In this document: in pieces, positions 13,174 to 26,310 of the stretch | How the letters are laid out: each line of letters starts with the position of its first letter | Numbering within the stretch: position 1 is the first letter of the stretch | Source: Nymphaea colorata | Lineage: Eukaryota | Direction of reading: 5' to 3' | NCBI RefSeq assembly: GCF_008831285.2 | Contig: NC_045138.2 | Location: 21,018,001-21,082,000, forward strand | Length of the DNA stretch: 64,000 bases | Position numbers and translations under genes: made by a program | Notes under the pieces: generated by a model | What the model was told of the DNA's origin: nothing | Seen by the model: the letters and a program-made list of their open reading frames with translations, nothing else | The model's database searches: none

Positions 13174-14484
13174 ATGAGATCTCAGCTCAGCCATTCGACT
13201 TTGCCTTTCATCCGCAACTACCCCCGTCGTCACCTTCTCCTTTCCCGTTTCGCGTCGTCCACCACCACTCCCCTATCATGGCTGCCAATACCCAAAGAAA
13301 CAACCCCAAGAACGGGAGCTCAGACACACAGAATCACGAACAAGGACGTCCTGAGGTCCCTCTCCGACGAGACCCACCTTCCTAAAATCATCCAAATCTT
13401 CAAGAAAGCCGCCAAGCAAAAGGGTTTCAAGCACGACTACCCGACCTATAGGCTCATCATCAACAAACTTGGCCGCCAGAAGAGGTTCAGGGCGATGGAG
13501 TTGTTTATAGAGAGGATGAAAAGCGAGGGCGTAACCTGCGATTCCGGCGTTTTCGGCGACCTTATCGAAATCTACGCCGAAGCGGGCTTGCTGGATCGAG
13601 CCGTGGAACTTCTCTACAGAATTAGGGATTTTGGCTGTGATTGCTCGGAGAGGGTTTTCACAAGACTCCTTGAATCGCTCGTTCAATCAGATCGGCTTGA
13701 TTCGGCTAGAGCTTTGTTCATGGACGCTCACCGGCTGGGGTACGACCCAAAGATTCGAAACGTTATGGCACTTGTTAGGGCATGTTGTGAGAAGGGGAGT
13801 GTGGACTCTGCCATTGAGCTTCTTGAATTCATGGCGCTCAAAGGATGCGTACCAGACTTGCGTTGTTATGGTTTTCTAGTCTCTTGGTCCTGCTCCTTTA
13901 ATCGATTCGACCTTGCACTCGGCATCCTGGATCAAATGAAGAATCGGGGAAGAGAGCCGGATGTTGTTGTGTATAACACGCTGATCAACGGCTTCTGTAG
14001 AAGTGGGGAGATCGATCGAGCGAATGAGATCATCTCCAAAATGGAGTCTGCCGGAATTAGATCAGATACGATCACGTTCAATACAATGATGAACGGATTC
14101 AGCAATGCTGGATTGATCAGAGACAGTACGAGAGTTCTCGATTTGATGTTCCAACATGGCGTGGATGCTGATGCCGTTACTTTCACCACTCTGCTAAATT
14201 GTCTGTGCAGGCAAGGGAAGGCGAATGAGTTCAGAGTGGCTTTGGGGAAAATGTTGGTGATGGGTGTTGCTCCTGATGGCCCAATTCTAAACATCCTAAT
14301 TGCTGAATTTTGCAAGAGAGAGATGCTGAATGAGGTTTGCTTCGTTCTCAGGGATATGATGTTAAATGATCGTGTACTGAATCAGAATAGTTGCAGGATT
14401 GTTGTGGATTCTCTTGGGGAATGCAGGGAGCTTGGTGGGTTATTAGGTATAGGATTTAAGAGGGGATGGGTGCCTCTGTCATAA
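13174..14484 (+). CDS. P-class pentatricopeptide repeat protein, intronless, probable organellar transit peptide
   Basis: 436-aa ORF with tandem 35-aa PPR motifs (PDVVVYNTLINGFCRSGEIDRANEIISKMESAGIR; SDTITFNTMMNGFS; ADAVTFTTLLNCLC). The N-terminus is R/S-rich and lacks acidic residues. No E or DYW domain seen. Confidence 0.93.
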   Translation: MRSQLSHSTLPFIRNYPRRHLLLSRFASSTTTPLSWLPIPKETTPRTGAQTHRITNKDVLRSLSDETHLPKIIQIFKKAAKQKGFKHDYPTYRLIINKLGRQKRFRAMELFIERMKSEGVTCDSGVFGDLIEIYAEAGLLDRAVELLYRIRDFGCDCSERVFTRLLESLVQSDRLDSARALFMDAHRLGYDPKIRNVMALVRACCEKGSVDSAIELLEFMALKGCVPDLRCYGFLVSWSCSFNRFDLALGILDQMKNRGREPDVVVYNTLINGFCRSGEIDRANEIISKMESAGIRSDTITFNTMMNGFSNAGLIRDSTRVLDLMFQHGVDADAVTFTTLLNCLCRQGKANEFRVALGKMLVMGVAPDGPILNILIAEFCKREMLNEVCFVLRDMMLNDRVLNQNSCRIVVDSLGECRELGGLLGIGFKRGWVPLS

Positions 14485-15823
14485 TTCATAAATTATGCAC
14501 TGTGGGTCTGACAGAAGAAGGCCACATGGAAAACCTTTTGGGGATCGGGATGCCACTGATGAATATGATTCAAAACTTGAATATTAGTCTTATAGTGCAA
14601 GAAATTACAACACAGGTTCAAGACTTTGATACCCAATTCCCTACCGCGGCTTCTTTGCACCATTGAGAGAATCGGCGTTCAGCGGCTTTCTAGAGCTCAT
14701 GCTAGTGTTGGGCTTTCAGACCTGCAAAAAGAACGCCGAACAGGTGGAACAGTTTTTTGTTACATGATTCAGCAGAAACGTGTTCTTGTGGAAGCTGCTT
14801 TAACCCCTCAAGGAACTTGAGAGGTGGAAGAAATTTCTGGGGAAAACCTGCAGATATTGCCAACGATTTGAAACTAACGCAATTTGGTAGTGTTGTTGGA
14901 AAAGCTACTTCATTGGAGGCAATGGCTTTCGTGTGCTATGGATGAACAGCCTGCGAGTCCCTGCTGACTATGCTAAGTAAGGACTAAGGGCCAACCTGTT
15001 ACGGTTTGTGGATTTGTCAACTTGGGCGATAAGTTGCTCTTGTTTCCTTTGACTCTAGAACATGTGGAAAACCATACACTGGACAAATATCTTGGGTTTA
15101 CTCGTGCCTGCCGTAACAATGTATCTTCCCGGTTATTTTCCACCCAGGCAAAGAAGAGTTGGGAGGAAATGGTGGAATAACTATGGGAGGGAAAACAACC
15201 GCATCCAGAAAAAAGAGAAGTGATTATCAATAGCAGTAGCAAAATGGCCCTATACCAACTGATATCCTCAGTGTCTCAACGAACTTTTCACCAGCTGACT
15301 ATTGACAGGGAAAACAACAGGAGAATAAGCATACAAAAGGGAAAAACAGAGCTCAAAACACCAACACCAAATGTGAAGTTCATCCAAGCAAGGGAAACTA
15401 AACAACGGATTGACCAATCACCAAAATATTGAGCCAAATGTGCTGAACATTTATCTAAGAAAATGAGGATAGTTCCTGTTTGGACGTTCTTCCAATCGTG
15501 ACTGCGATTCAGATGATTGAACTTCAATCTCGATGCTCATTCGTTTATTAGCTTGACTGCTTCACAACTACCGTGTACTTTATTGCCAGACAAAATTGTA
15601 CATGTATGATTTTCATCAGCCCAAATAGATAAAAAGTCCTAGTAAACATCGATACAATAATTTCACAATCTGGCTCTCAGCTCGACGAGGCTAATGATCA
15701 AACTATGATCTCCATTTGTTCAAGACACAAGAAAAGGATGCAAGCACCGAATGAACCAACCATCATTCCAAGAGTGAGCTGCTATTTCCATGTTATGGCT
15801 AATGCCACGGGACAATTTAAATT

Positions 15824-17426
15824 TTAGGACTCTTGAGGTGTCTCAAACCTTGTGGGAGTCTCGATGCCCATCATACAGCAGAGACCAGATAACAAGATTA
15901 TAAGTAGGACGATACCCTGAAACAGAAAGAGAAGAGTCACACACTAGAACCATGCAAAAGGAACTCAAAGTACAGAACAGCATAAAACTAAGAAAGCTCG
16001 AAAGTGAATCGACAAGGGCTAGAATGCAGCTTTTGTTCATGAAAAAGATAATTACCACAAAAACGCCTTCCAAAAGAGATGATTTAATCTGGCATACTCC
16101 ATCACATGTGGTGTTTGTCGAAGTGTTTCCGGTGCCGCTCTCAGCAAGAAACCTCTCCAAGGTGCCATAAGGAAACTTCAAAGGGATGTATGGATCTGAA
16201 GCATAAAGAATTGTGTATGCAGCACCAGTGTCCTCCATGGAAGAGATCAATTCAGATAGAATGGCACCTAGAAGCCCAATGAAAACCCAGTGATTAGAGA
16301 AGCACATGGTCATAAAGAGAACTTCAAGGGACAGAAAAATACCTTCAGTATCACTCTTTTCAGAATAATCAGCTACATCATCACAGAACACAATCAAGTC
16401 TGTGTGTTCATTCTGTCTCGAGTTCATCCTCGTCTTTACAAAGTCCTGGAAGGCATGTTGTATCAATCAGAGTTTGTCACAAGAAAGTAAGGACGAGAAA
16501 ATTGTCTAAACTTGAATTACATTGAATGCACTGGGACCAGCCAGCCTCTTGAACGCCTTATTCTCCAAAGCACAAGATTGGAAGAAAGTAATATCATTTG
16601 GTCGTGAGTTCCCACAATGATCAGTGAAGCTTGAAACTAGAAAATTTTCCAATGTCTGCTTATTGTGATCCGCAGCAACAAATGGGAGTGCTAAAGAAAA
16701 ATTTGATCCTGTAAATGATGCCTGGAAACAAAAAAAGAAAAAATTACTTTCTCAATAAAACAAATAGAATACGATAGTTCAAGACAATGATAGAAGCAAC
16801 TACCTCAAGTAACTCCAGAAGCTTGCGAACTCCATGTCTCTTTTTTGATATATCTGCAGAATGCAACTTAAAGATGGAACAGAAAATGTCAGCAATGTTT
16901 CAACTTTGAAGAAAAAAATGAATATTGATTGAGCTATATGCACAACCTAGGCTGATGGACATGTTCTACCATAAGGCATTCAATTTCATGCTTATTTTGG
17001 CAAAAGAAAACATGCAAGATTCTGAGGAAAAAAAATTTTGAATAGCACAAGACGTGTGCTTGTGTTATGACTCAATCACACCGTCATTCATCCCAGACCC
17101 ACAAGGGCTAAATGTTGACAAAACCAAACATCAGCACGGCACTACTGGTGCATAGAAGACAAAGTAAATCTCCAGAAATGCACAATTAAGAGGATAAAGC
17201 ACTCCACGAGAGGAAGTCAATTGATCATTTGGTTGCAGTTTATATATACGAAGGAAGGCTTGAGCATGAGTAGATCTCTAGACTTCTTCAAGTTCAGTTA
17301 TTTCCAGAAATAAGGCAAAAACTATGTCATACAGGTGTGACGTGTGGGTGCGGGTGCTGCACTTCCCAAGAAAACATGGGTGCGGGTGCTGCACTTCCCA
17401 AGAAAACATGGGTCCTGGTGTGGCGA

Positions 17427-17465
<39 letters not shown>

Positions 17466-20400
17466 CTACCAAACTAGCAATGAAACTGTTGACACGTAAT
17501 AAAAATATCAAGATATTTACCAAACTGGATTTTGTCAGTGCTTCAAAACTTCAAAATAAGAGAAAGCAATTTCTTTGTTGCTGCACCCAAGACGCACACG
17601 ATCCTCATCCGACACGACTCAGCTGTGGCAACCTTTTTGAAGAGTCTATGTTACATAGGGCAAAAAAGTAGTAGAGATCAAGAGGACACAAGCAGTCAAA
17701 CCAGTAAATTTTTTGTCCTCCTACTCAGCAGAGGTGGCTTAGCAGCCTAATCCTCAACAAGGATCTAGTTCCAAATCGCATGCAGCCAACATGGTCAAGC
17801 AAGTGTGGTGGCAGGTCTTAGAACAAGCTAAATTCCAAAACTTGGTCTGTCCAAGACATTCCTGCAGGACATCACACAAAACACTTGAACTTGTTGAGTG
17901 GCAAACATTTACGCTTTTTTATTGGTTTTTACTTGCTCGAACTCTCTCAGAACTACTCTGATGAGCGATTGAGCCAGTGCTCAAGTAATATGCACTCAAT
18001 AATGGTTAGAAAACTGCTTGTGCATACACTACCAGGGCCAGCTGGAGCTTTGACTGGCCAACCACCTCTTTATCATGTCCAGTTATACTAACACGGTAAC
18101 ACCACTACGGTGAATAGTTGGCAGTCTGCATGCCAAGGACAAATTCACCATTTTTTTGCATGTATCAAGCAATACATCACGATTTCCTTGTGTGCACAAA
18201 GCAATCATGGGCCCTGGCTTGGCCACATTACCTACCTTCTCTGCACCGGACCACCTTACCTGGCCACAGTTGCATAAAAGCCAGGTACTTCTCAGGCTAA
18301 CCAGTATGGATACCATGAAAGTGCACAGTATTGGGGGTCAATAACTTGAGTATAATCAAGATAAAATAAAGATGGTGCAGATCATCAATGGTGCTCCAGC
18401 AATAAAACAAAAAGAGCTATTCTTGGGAATGAACGCTGCTAGGTAAAAAATTGGGCTACATGAGATTATATGAGGATTATATGAGGAACCAATTGGGCTA
18501 CTAACAATTGACTTACAGAATACCTCAGTTCTTTCAGATTATATGAGGAACCAAAGAAGGAAATTAAAATCTTACAGGCTAGTGAGTTTCCTACATTAGA
18601 TATTTCAAATTTATTCAAGTGAAAAGAAGTATCTAAAGAGGTTTGAACTTTCTAACTACATGAGAAACAGACAAATCAATTGTTGAAACGACAACATAAT
18701 GACAAGTGTATGCAAAAGGTACTTGGAACAAATTTTGCAAAAAAAACTCCTGGACACAAACCTCTTTTCCAACAAAGAGTAGCGCAATATCCACAGGTTC
18801 ACTTTGCCTCCCAGAAGAGCACTGCAAAGACAAACAAGCATGTAACCACATTTCTACTTCAACCACTGCTTGGCAAAGCTAGAAAGGCCACAGATCACAA
18901 TTATTCATCAGTTTCAAAGATCCAGAATACAATATTGATTACCAGAATGTCTGACCATCCACCTTCGGAAAGAACAGACTGGGCTAAATCCTTTGATGTG
19001 AGTGTACGATAGTCTACCACCTCCTTGAGGCCGTTATTTGATCTGCAAGCAGCGGAAGCAACATTAGAGAGAGAAAAAGAGAGAGAGTAGTGAAAATCAC
19101 AAAAGTTAGAAGGCATACTTTGTATGGGAAATGACAGAAGAAAATGACTAAATAAACAGGATTGCAGGCAAAATATGGCAGATAAGAACCACCATTGTCA
19201 AGCATTAGATTTTCTGAGAGCATGATGCTTTCGCTTGGAACAAAATAAATTGTAATATGGTGAAAGAATGTTAGGACAAACATCAGACATGGATTCAACC
19301 TACTCAAAGCACAGACACAATGATAATGCAACTATTGACTACAATGAAACAGGAAATGGGGCAACGAAGTGATGCATGTAATTGTTAACTATAATGTGTC
19401 ATTTCACCCATTATATGCTATGTCACATGAGTGTGGGGTGTGGGTGCTGCTGCTTGTGTGGCACATCCCAAAAAATTTGGGTGCAGCGAGGGTATATATA
19501 TATATAATTTTAAGCTTATTTCTTAGCTCAATCTGTTTTTGTTACTTTTATTAATGTAAATAAAGAAAGAAAGGTAGAGAGAAAAGAAAAAAATAATAAT
19601 AGAAAAATATTTTGAACATGCATAAAAGAGGGTCCAGTTGCGGTGCGTGTCGGAGCTACACCCGTATCCGCACCAACACCAGCGTCGTGTCAACACGGGT
19701 GTGGCACCTTCTAAGATTTTGTAATATCAGATTACCGTGTCATCCAACAAAGACTTATGCACAGAAAAACAAGAAAGAAGGAGAAGAGAAGTGTCAAAGG
19801 ACAGGGATGGCAGCAGCAGCAGCTCTGTTTGTTGAACCCTAAGATTATACTATGAAATCAATCTTTTACACCATGGACTAATAAGTCCCATTAAAAACAA
19901 TGAATATTACAATTGATGAGAAAACACAACGTTAAAAAGGAAACACCTAATATGACATCTGAATCTGGATCCAGATCCAGACGTCATGACCCAAACCTTA
20001 AACACGTTTTAACACCCTCCCTCAAGTTGTACATGGTCTTGTACAATGTACAACTTGTACTTTAGCAACCAGAATTGTCATACTGTTAATCCTTTAGTAA
20101 ATAAGTCTGTCAGCTGATCTTCAGTTCTAACATGTTGGGGCTCTATCTTCTTTTCCTCAACCTTGTCGAATAAAATGTTGATCAATTTCAATGTGTTTGG
20201 TCCTGCATGCTAAATGGGATTAAAAACAATGTTAATTGCACTTTGATTGTTACATAAGAACACTGAGCAAGCAATCTTCTCCCCTAAATCATTCAACAAA
20301 TGTCTAATCCAAGCAGCTTCTATTGTGCCTACAGCCATTGCTGTTATTCTGCCTCGGTACTAGATTGTGCCACAGCCTTTTGTTCTTGACTACTCCAAAT

Positions 20401-23400
20401 GCCCTATGAAAACACAATAACCACTCATCGACCTCCTTTCATTTGGATCACCTGCCCAATCCACATTTGTATAAGTGATTATCTCATGTCCATAATCCGC
20501 ATTGTCATTCTTATGGTAAACAAAGTCGTCTTTATAAGTGCCTTTTAGATATCTTAAAATGTGCTTCAATGCCTCCATATGACCTTCTCTTGGAGCATGC
20601 ATAAATTGAGAAACCTGATTAACAACATAAACAATGTCAAGCCTGGTAAAACTGTAACATACCAACAGGCAACAATGTTTCGAGAACCCTCCCAGAACAT
20701 AATCTCTGATGCAATACACTAGAGTAGTAACCGGTCTACAATTTGTCATGCCTGTCTTTTCCAAGAGATCAAGAGTATATTTTTGCTGCATGAGTGTCAA
20801 TGTGTCCCCTTGTCTACCAACCTCTACCCCAAGAAAGTACCTCAATTCTCCTAAATCCTTCATCTTAAAGATCTTCATTAAAATTTGTTTTACCTCTCCC
20901 ACATGCTCATTTGAACTCCCTGTTATAACAATATCATCAACATATATGAGGAGAAGAGTTGTTATACCTTTCTTTTGGTAGACAAATAAGAAATGATCCG
21001 ATGAACATCTCCTAGAAACCAAAACCTTGAATCTGTACAGAAAAACTCTCAAACCAAGAACGAGATGCTTGCTTAACCCATACAAAGATCTTGTCAATTT
21101 GCACACCCAAGTGGAAGGATCTTTTTTTAGCATATCGTGAGGGTTGTTCCATATAAACTTCTTTCTTCAAATCTCCATGCAAGAATGCATTCTTAACATC
21201 CATCTGACTGAGTGTCCATCCTTGATCAAAAGCTAACGATATGATGATATGCATTGTATCCATTTTAACCACCGGACTGAAAGTTTCGTCATAATTTTCG
21301 CCATATTGTCGCGTGAAACCCCTAGCAACAAAACGTGTCTTATATCTTTCAATGCTCCCATCGGGTTTATATTTTATTTTATAAACCCATTTGGAACCAA
21401 CAACATTAATTCCTTTTGGTCGTGGTACCACATCCCAAGTATGAGACTCATGAAGAGCTTCCATTTCTTTATTCACAGCATCAATCCATTGTCGCGATTT
21501 GACAGCTTGATTGAGAGAGAGTGGCTCATCCTGCTTTGTGAGTTGAGACATAAATAGTTGAAAATCAAGAGAAAATGTATCATGACTCACCCATCGTTGA
21601 ATTGGATGCTAAATACGAGTCGATCTCCCCCTTGTTCAGTAGTGGTTACCTCTAGACTACTCGGCCCCTTTTCTCTACCTCTTCTAACATATACTTGTCC
21701 AGAAAAGTGCTCAATAGGACGTTCTTCATCGGTCTGAAGGTTGCTTAAACTCTCATTACTGTTCGAGGATGAATGAATGGTGGATTGACATGTCTGCTAC
21801 ATATTGGTAAAAATATCAACACTCAACCATAGATCATACATCTCCACTACTCTAGGTTGCACTTGATCTGACACGTCCATGCCAAAATCTTGTTCATCAA
21901 AAACAACATTTCTGGAAGTTCTAATACGTTTTGAAGTGGGATCATAACACCGATATCCTTTATACTCATCTGTATATCCTACAAATCTGCACTTTACCGC
22001 CTTGTCTTGAAACTTATTTCTCAAAGATGAATTAATATGCACATAACATACACACCCAAAAGCACATAGTTCATTATATCATGGATGTTGATCAAACAAA
22101 ATATAATAAGGAGATTTTCCGTTCAAGATGGACATAAGGAGACGGTTTATAATGTAGACCGACGTATGAAAAGCCTCGGTCCAAAGGCTAATGGGCACAT
22201 TATTGTCATGTAACATGCTCATAGCACTTTCTACTTTATGAAAATGCTTCCTTTCTGCAACTCCATTTTGTTGCGGGATATATGAGCAAAGATGATAACC
22301 TATTTCTGTCAACCTGCACAAGCCTGACAAATGGACAAAACTGGAGGCCAAATATGGAGGAAAATAAGAACTATAGAGCACAGTCACAAATAACGTCTCT
22401 GAGTTTTAAACGGCGAGGTTATTCTCCGGTATAATATGGCGAATTTGAAAAGAATGGGAAAAAAAGAAAAAAACACAGTAAATTTTTTAAAATTTTAAAA
22501 AACTAAAAATAAGGAAAAATAAAATAAGTGAGAAACTAATAACACAAACATCAAAATAAGTAGATTTGCAACAAATAAAAAATAGAAAATGAAAAAAAAT
22601 GTTCGGCATTAAAAAACTGAAAAAAATGAAAAAAGTGGAAAAAAGATAAAAAAAAACGCGTTAAAAAACGGGTTAAAAACGTGCTTTTTTCGTTTTTAAT
22701 GTTTCTTTAAAAAAAAACACAGTTTTTTTAAGTTTTAAATCGCATTTTTTTTTTGTGTATGGAGCAGATCTGACCTGCTGATTGTGGAGGCCGTTTTAGA
22801 AAAGCTCCACCCACCAAGCTAGGGGGTCAGTTTAGGACCTTCAAGTTGAAGGATGACAGCAGTCAGCACTCAAGGATCTCGATCAGAATATATCTTAGGT
22901 AAACAAAAAAGCCCCTTACACTTTACACAGTGTTCACAGCACCTCAAGTCCATGGATCTGATGTGACAAGGATCCACATCACGAACCAGGGTTTGATAAA
23001 CTAAGGATCCTAAGTCAGATTTAAAGTCCGACCCAGAAACATTATCTTCCATTTTAAACAGTAGGTAAGGTCACGAAGTAACAGGAATTAGGATGTAAAA
23101 GAAAACAGGCAGCAATATCAACTAAGTAATCAGAAATTTCTGAATATCTAACTTTACCTTCTTTACAATGATTCCCAACTCACATACAATTTTTTTATTC
23201 ATATACTACCAGAAAATTTTTCTTAGTAAAATGCTTTTGCATCATTGAAAAGATCCCCATCAACTCCTTAAAAATGATACAAGGCCATCAGAGCTACATT
23301 TGTTAGGCCCACCCAAACCATTTGAATCTGTGAGAGATTCTTCTGCATTTCACCCTATCCATTTGAATCTGTGAGAGATTCTTCTGCATCTTAACCAGGA

Positions 23401-25404
23401 GCTTGTTTAGTAGAATTCTTCCTTGAATTTATATGGATCCCAAACATCTTCTCATTCAATTTCACAAGTAATGTCAAACAAGCTTAACCAGAACCTACCT
23501 TCTTATGAAAATCAAAATGTAGCACTGTAACATGAACATTGTCTTTCATACATATGTTGTATTTATCTGCAGCAAGGCCAGGTATTCTTGAGTATGAATC
23601 AAGTAGATGCCAGGTCTGATTTCACACATTTTTGCCATTTTACAATCTTGTCAGAAGCCCAATACCAACCATATACTTGCTATACCAACCATATACTTGC
23701 TTGTGATAAGTGTTTCTGTAACCAAATACTTAACTTACCTTATGCTTTTCGTCCGTTAAGCCATCTAAATAGACATATTTTAAACTTTTATTTAAGCATA
23801 TTTCATACATAGGGGATCTGCTTTTCTTTTCGTATGTGCAGCAGAACTTCACCACTTCATTACAAATCAATTTTATTACTTAATGAGAACAACATGCTAA
23901 ACCTGACACATTTCATTATAATGGATGATACAACGAAGACCCAAAGAAGGGGCTCACGGCCCACCAATTTTCAGTAATTAGAAAAAAAATGTTTCACTGG
24001 TTTAAAATCCAATTTATTTTCCGTAGCAGTTCATCTTGCTTCTTTATCGCTTACTAACAAATGTCAATAGAATCCCTTTTTATTGTGAGGCCAGGTAGAG
24101 TAAAGAACTTACTAGACAAATAAATATCATAAGCCTACAAAGTAGCTGACAATCATGTCAGCTCCACCAACTATGTGGAAAATTATGCACAAAAAGTTAG
24201 GTATTTGCTACACCTCATCAGGCTGCATATATTTGCCTGTGTGTTTGGAAAGAAGGAGCGGGGGACGAGGTTGGGGTTGATTGGTCGAACATTAGGAGTT
24301 GAAACTAGTTTCCTTTACTATCCTATATAGTATAATCTGCTTTGCATGATCAAGATGCAGTATAATGGTGAAAAAGCATTGTTAACTGGAGGAAGAAAAT
24401 TTTGGAATCTGAAAGAAAGCACAACCTAATAAGGCTAATATTAGGATAGATGGTAAGCGGAAAATGATCGCTACAGTGTGCTCCTCAAACATATCAATAA
24501 ATTCTGATGAAGTTTGCAGATAAGGCTGTAGTGCAAAACCAATTCCTTACGAACTACCAGTCTTAGAGAGCAAACAATTCAACATGTAACTGGATTTCAA
24601 CAGCGAAATAAGAAATGTTTGATAAAGTCAATTTTCTTTTAGCTTAAGAACAAAAGTATGCTGTATATGAAAAAGAAAAGCAGGAGTAAACATAATCATG
24701 TGATTACTCAACGTAGAAAGCAAGCATTGACTCACGAGGACAACCAATGACAATTGACAATCGATGACAGGAAAACTCTTAATTAATGCCATAAAATAGG
24801 AATCATCCACAAGAATTCAGGTTTGTAAAGTAACACTGTTCCAACATTCTAACCAGCAAAACCATTGTATGCACAGTAACACTAACCCTCCAACCCCATA
24901 GTTGGCAAGATATCCAGATACCAAGATTCTCTTCATTTACGTAAAACGGGCATCTCCATACTTCAGAGATAACCACCAGCAGTTATGTGCTATAGGGAAG
25001 CATATGAAGGTTACAACAATAAAAGGGTTTATTTTCTGTCAAATGTAGGATTACTTGACTTGAAATTTTCTGTTTTTGTTTAAATACTTCTACATTCGAT
25101 AGAATTCTACTAAACAAGCCCAAGCAGCTCAACTGCTTTTAATTTCCCCCAAGAAAGATACTATTCTTCTTGACATGCCACAAGCATCCATATCCAGCAA
25201 ATAGTCAATCATTCAAACAATCACAAGCTGATGAGGATCCCCAAAATCAAGAGAAATACTATGTACAAGAAAGCAACGACAAGCATACCCATGGCGATAC
25301 CGAGTCCAAAGAAAAGCAGGAGCTGTCTTGGGAAATGATGAGACGCAGACTATGTGTACAGCAGCAAAAAGTAACACCAAGGAAACAATCAGAACTCTCC
25401 CCAT
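15824..25404 (-). CDS. Single-pass membrane protein of the Ac45/Voa1-like (V-ATPase accessory subunit S1) family, 8 coding exons, about 315 aa
   Basis: Exons 25289-25404, 18943-19042, 18762-18821, 16804-16866, 16521-16721, 16343-16445, 16056-16267 and 15824-15916 are all GT-AG and sum to 948 nt. A signal peptide is followed by TAPAFLW. The C-terminus reads CDGVCQIKSSLLEGVFVGIVLLIILLSGLCCMMGIETPTRFETPQES. Gene structure is well supported; the family assignment is from recall. Confidence 0.85.
17322..17658. mobile_element. MITE with CTATGT termini and perfect 8-bp TSD (hAT-like)
   Basis: GGCAAAAA on both sides (17314-17321 and 17659-17666). Ends are CTATGTCAT and GTTACATAG, with internal GGGTGCGGGTGC motifs. 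Relatives start at about 7596, 19419 and 40826 (the last in reverse orientation, to about 41174). Confidence 0.85.
19738..22305 (-). mobile_element. Decayed, 5'-truncated Ty1/copia LTR retrotransposon inside an intron
   Basis: Copia order integrase (PQQNGVAERK; KCRFVGY...KGYRCYDP), RT (VGSKWVYKIK; QMDVKNAFLHGDL; YVDDIVITG), RNase H (DWAGD...RRSMSGYC), broken by frameshifts and stops. A polypurine tract GAGGGAGGG precedes a TGTT LTR start at 20014. The LTR far end is uncertain (about 19830 or 19738). No gag, protease or 5' LTR seen. Confidence 0.92.
22379..22755 (+). mobile_element. A-rich non-autonomous dispersed repeat, copy 1
   Basis: Starts CAGTCACAAATAA and shares a long AAAAACTAAAAATAA...AACTAATAACACAAACATCAAAATA body with 40020-40407 and with reverse copies at about 39260-39515 and 55200-55522. 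Confidence 0.75.
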
Positions 25405-25981
25405 TTCCTCTCCCGCCGAGATGCAGAGTTTAATCCCCCTTCCTTCTTCCAACCTTTAGCAAAACCTCAACACACCTAACAGAACAAATCTCCGGTACAA
25501 TGAAATCCTGCGGTTCCACTAATAGAACAACCAAAAAGAGAGAAGGTAACGTAATTTGATAGCGTGAATCAGATAAACACACTTTTGCGCTCTGGCAGTA
25601 ATTTAACGAGCAAAATTAATAAAAATTGAGGTGGGCCGGCATAAAGTAAGATGAACGGAAAGACCAAAAGTTGCAATTTAGCGCCCAAAATGAGGAAAGC
25701 TAAAAATCGTGAAGGAGAAAACCCTAATAGATCAAATGCAACCGAAATCCAGATAAACGATGATAGCGAACCATTAATCATAGGGATCGGGAATCAGACG
25801 GATCTGATATCGGAGAGACCAAATAACTTGTGATTAATAGAGACTGTTGAAATCGAAAGAAGGAGAAGGCATGGTACGGAACAGTGAACAGGGCGTTCGC
25901 CGGTCCGGAATAATGGATTCCCAAGCTTCGATAAAATTGCTGTGAACTTATTCACATCTCTAATAAGTAATTGAACAACGA

Positions 25982-25988
<7 letters not shown>

Positions 25989-26027
<39 letters not shown>

Positions 26028-26310
26028 ACCAATGATGCAAAGAGGAACGGATTGTAAGCGAGATCAAACTGAAGATGGCCGAGATCCACTGAAGCAAAGC
26101 AAACAGATTATGCGAGAAATCGATGTGAGGATAGCCGGACGGAGGATCTCTCTGTCACCCCCTCTCTCTCTATCTCTCTCTCTCTCTGTCTCGTGAACCT
26201 GAAAGCAGGGATTTACAAACGGTGGGCGTTGTCCGACCCCTGGGCTCAGGCTTGCACACAGTCGCTGGCGAATTTCGTCGTAGGTCCCTCCTTCTCTTTT
26301 ATAAATCTCA
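25989..26310 (-). promoter_or_regulatory. Probable core promoter and non-coding first exon of the Ac45/Voa1-like gene
   Basis: Minus-strand TATAAAAG at about 26296-26303, CAG|GTTCAC donor at about 26196, (CT)n tracts in the following intron, and a candidate acceptor TAG at about 25476 upstream of the ATG at 25404. Confidence 0.5.

Noticed and set aside
13276..14315. Minus-strand ORFs of 136 aa and 127 aa
   Set aside because: Antisense to the PPR CDS with no independent evidence.
23318..23389. 31-bp local duplication CCATTTGAATCTGTGAGAGATTCTTCTGCAT, and similar short duplications near 6480-6630, 12745-12850 and 59430-59520
   Set aside because: Real but ordinary slippage or repair duplications in non-coding DNA with no further structure.
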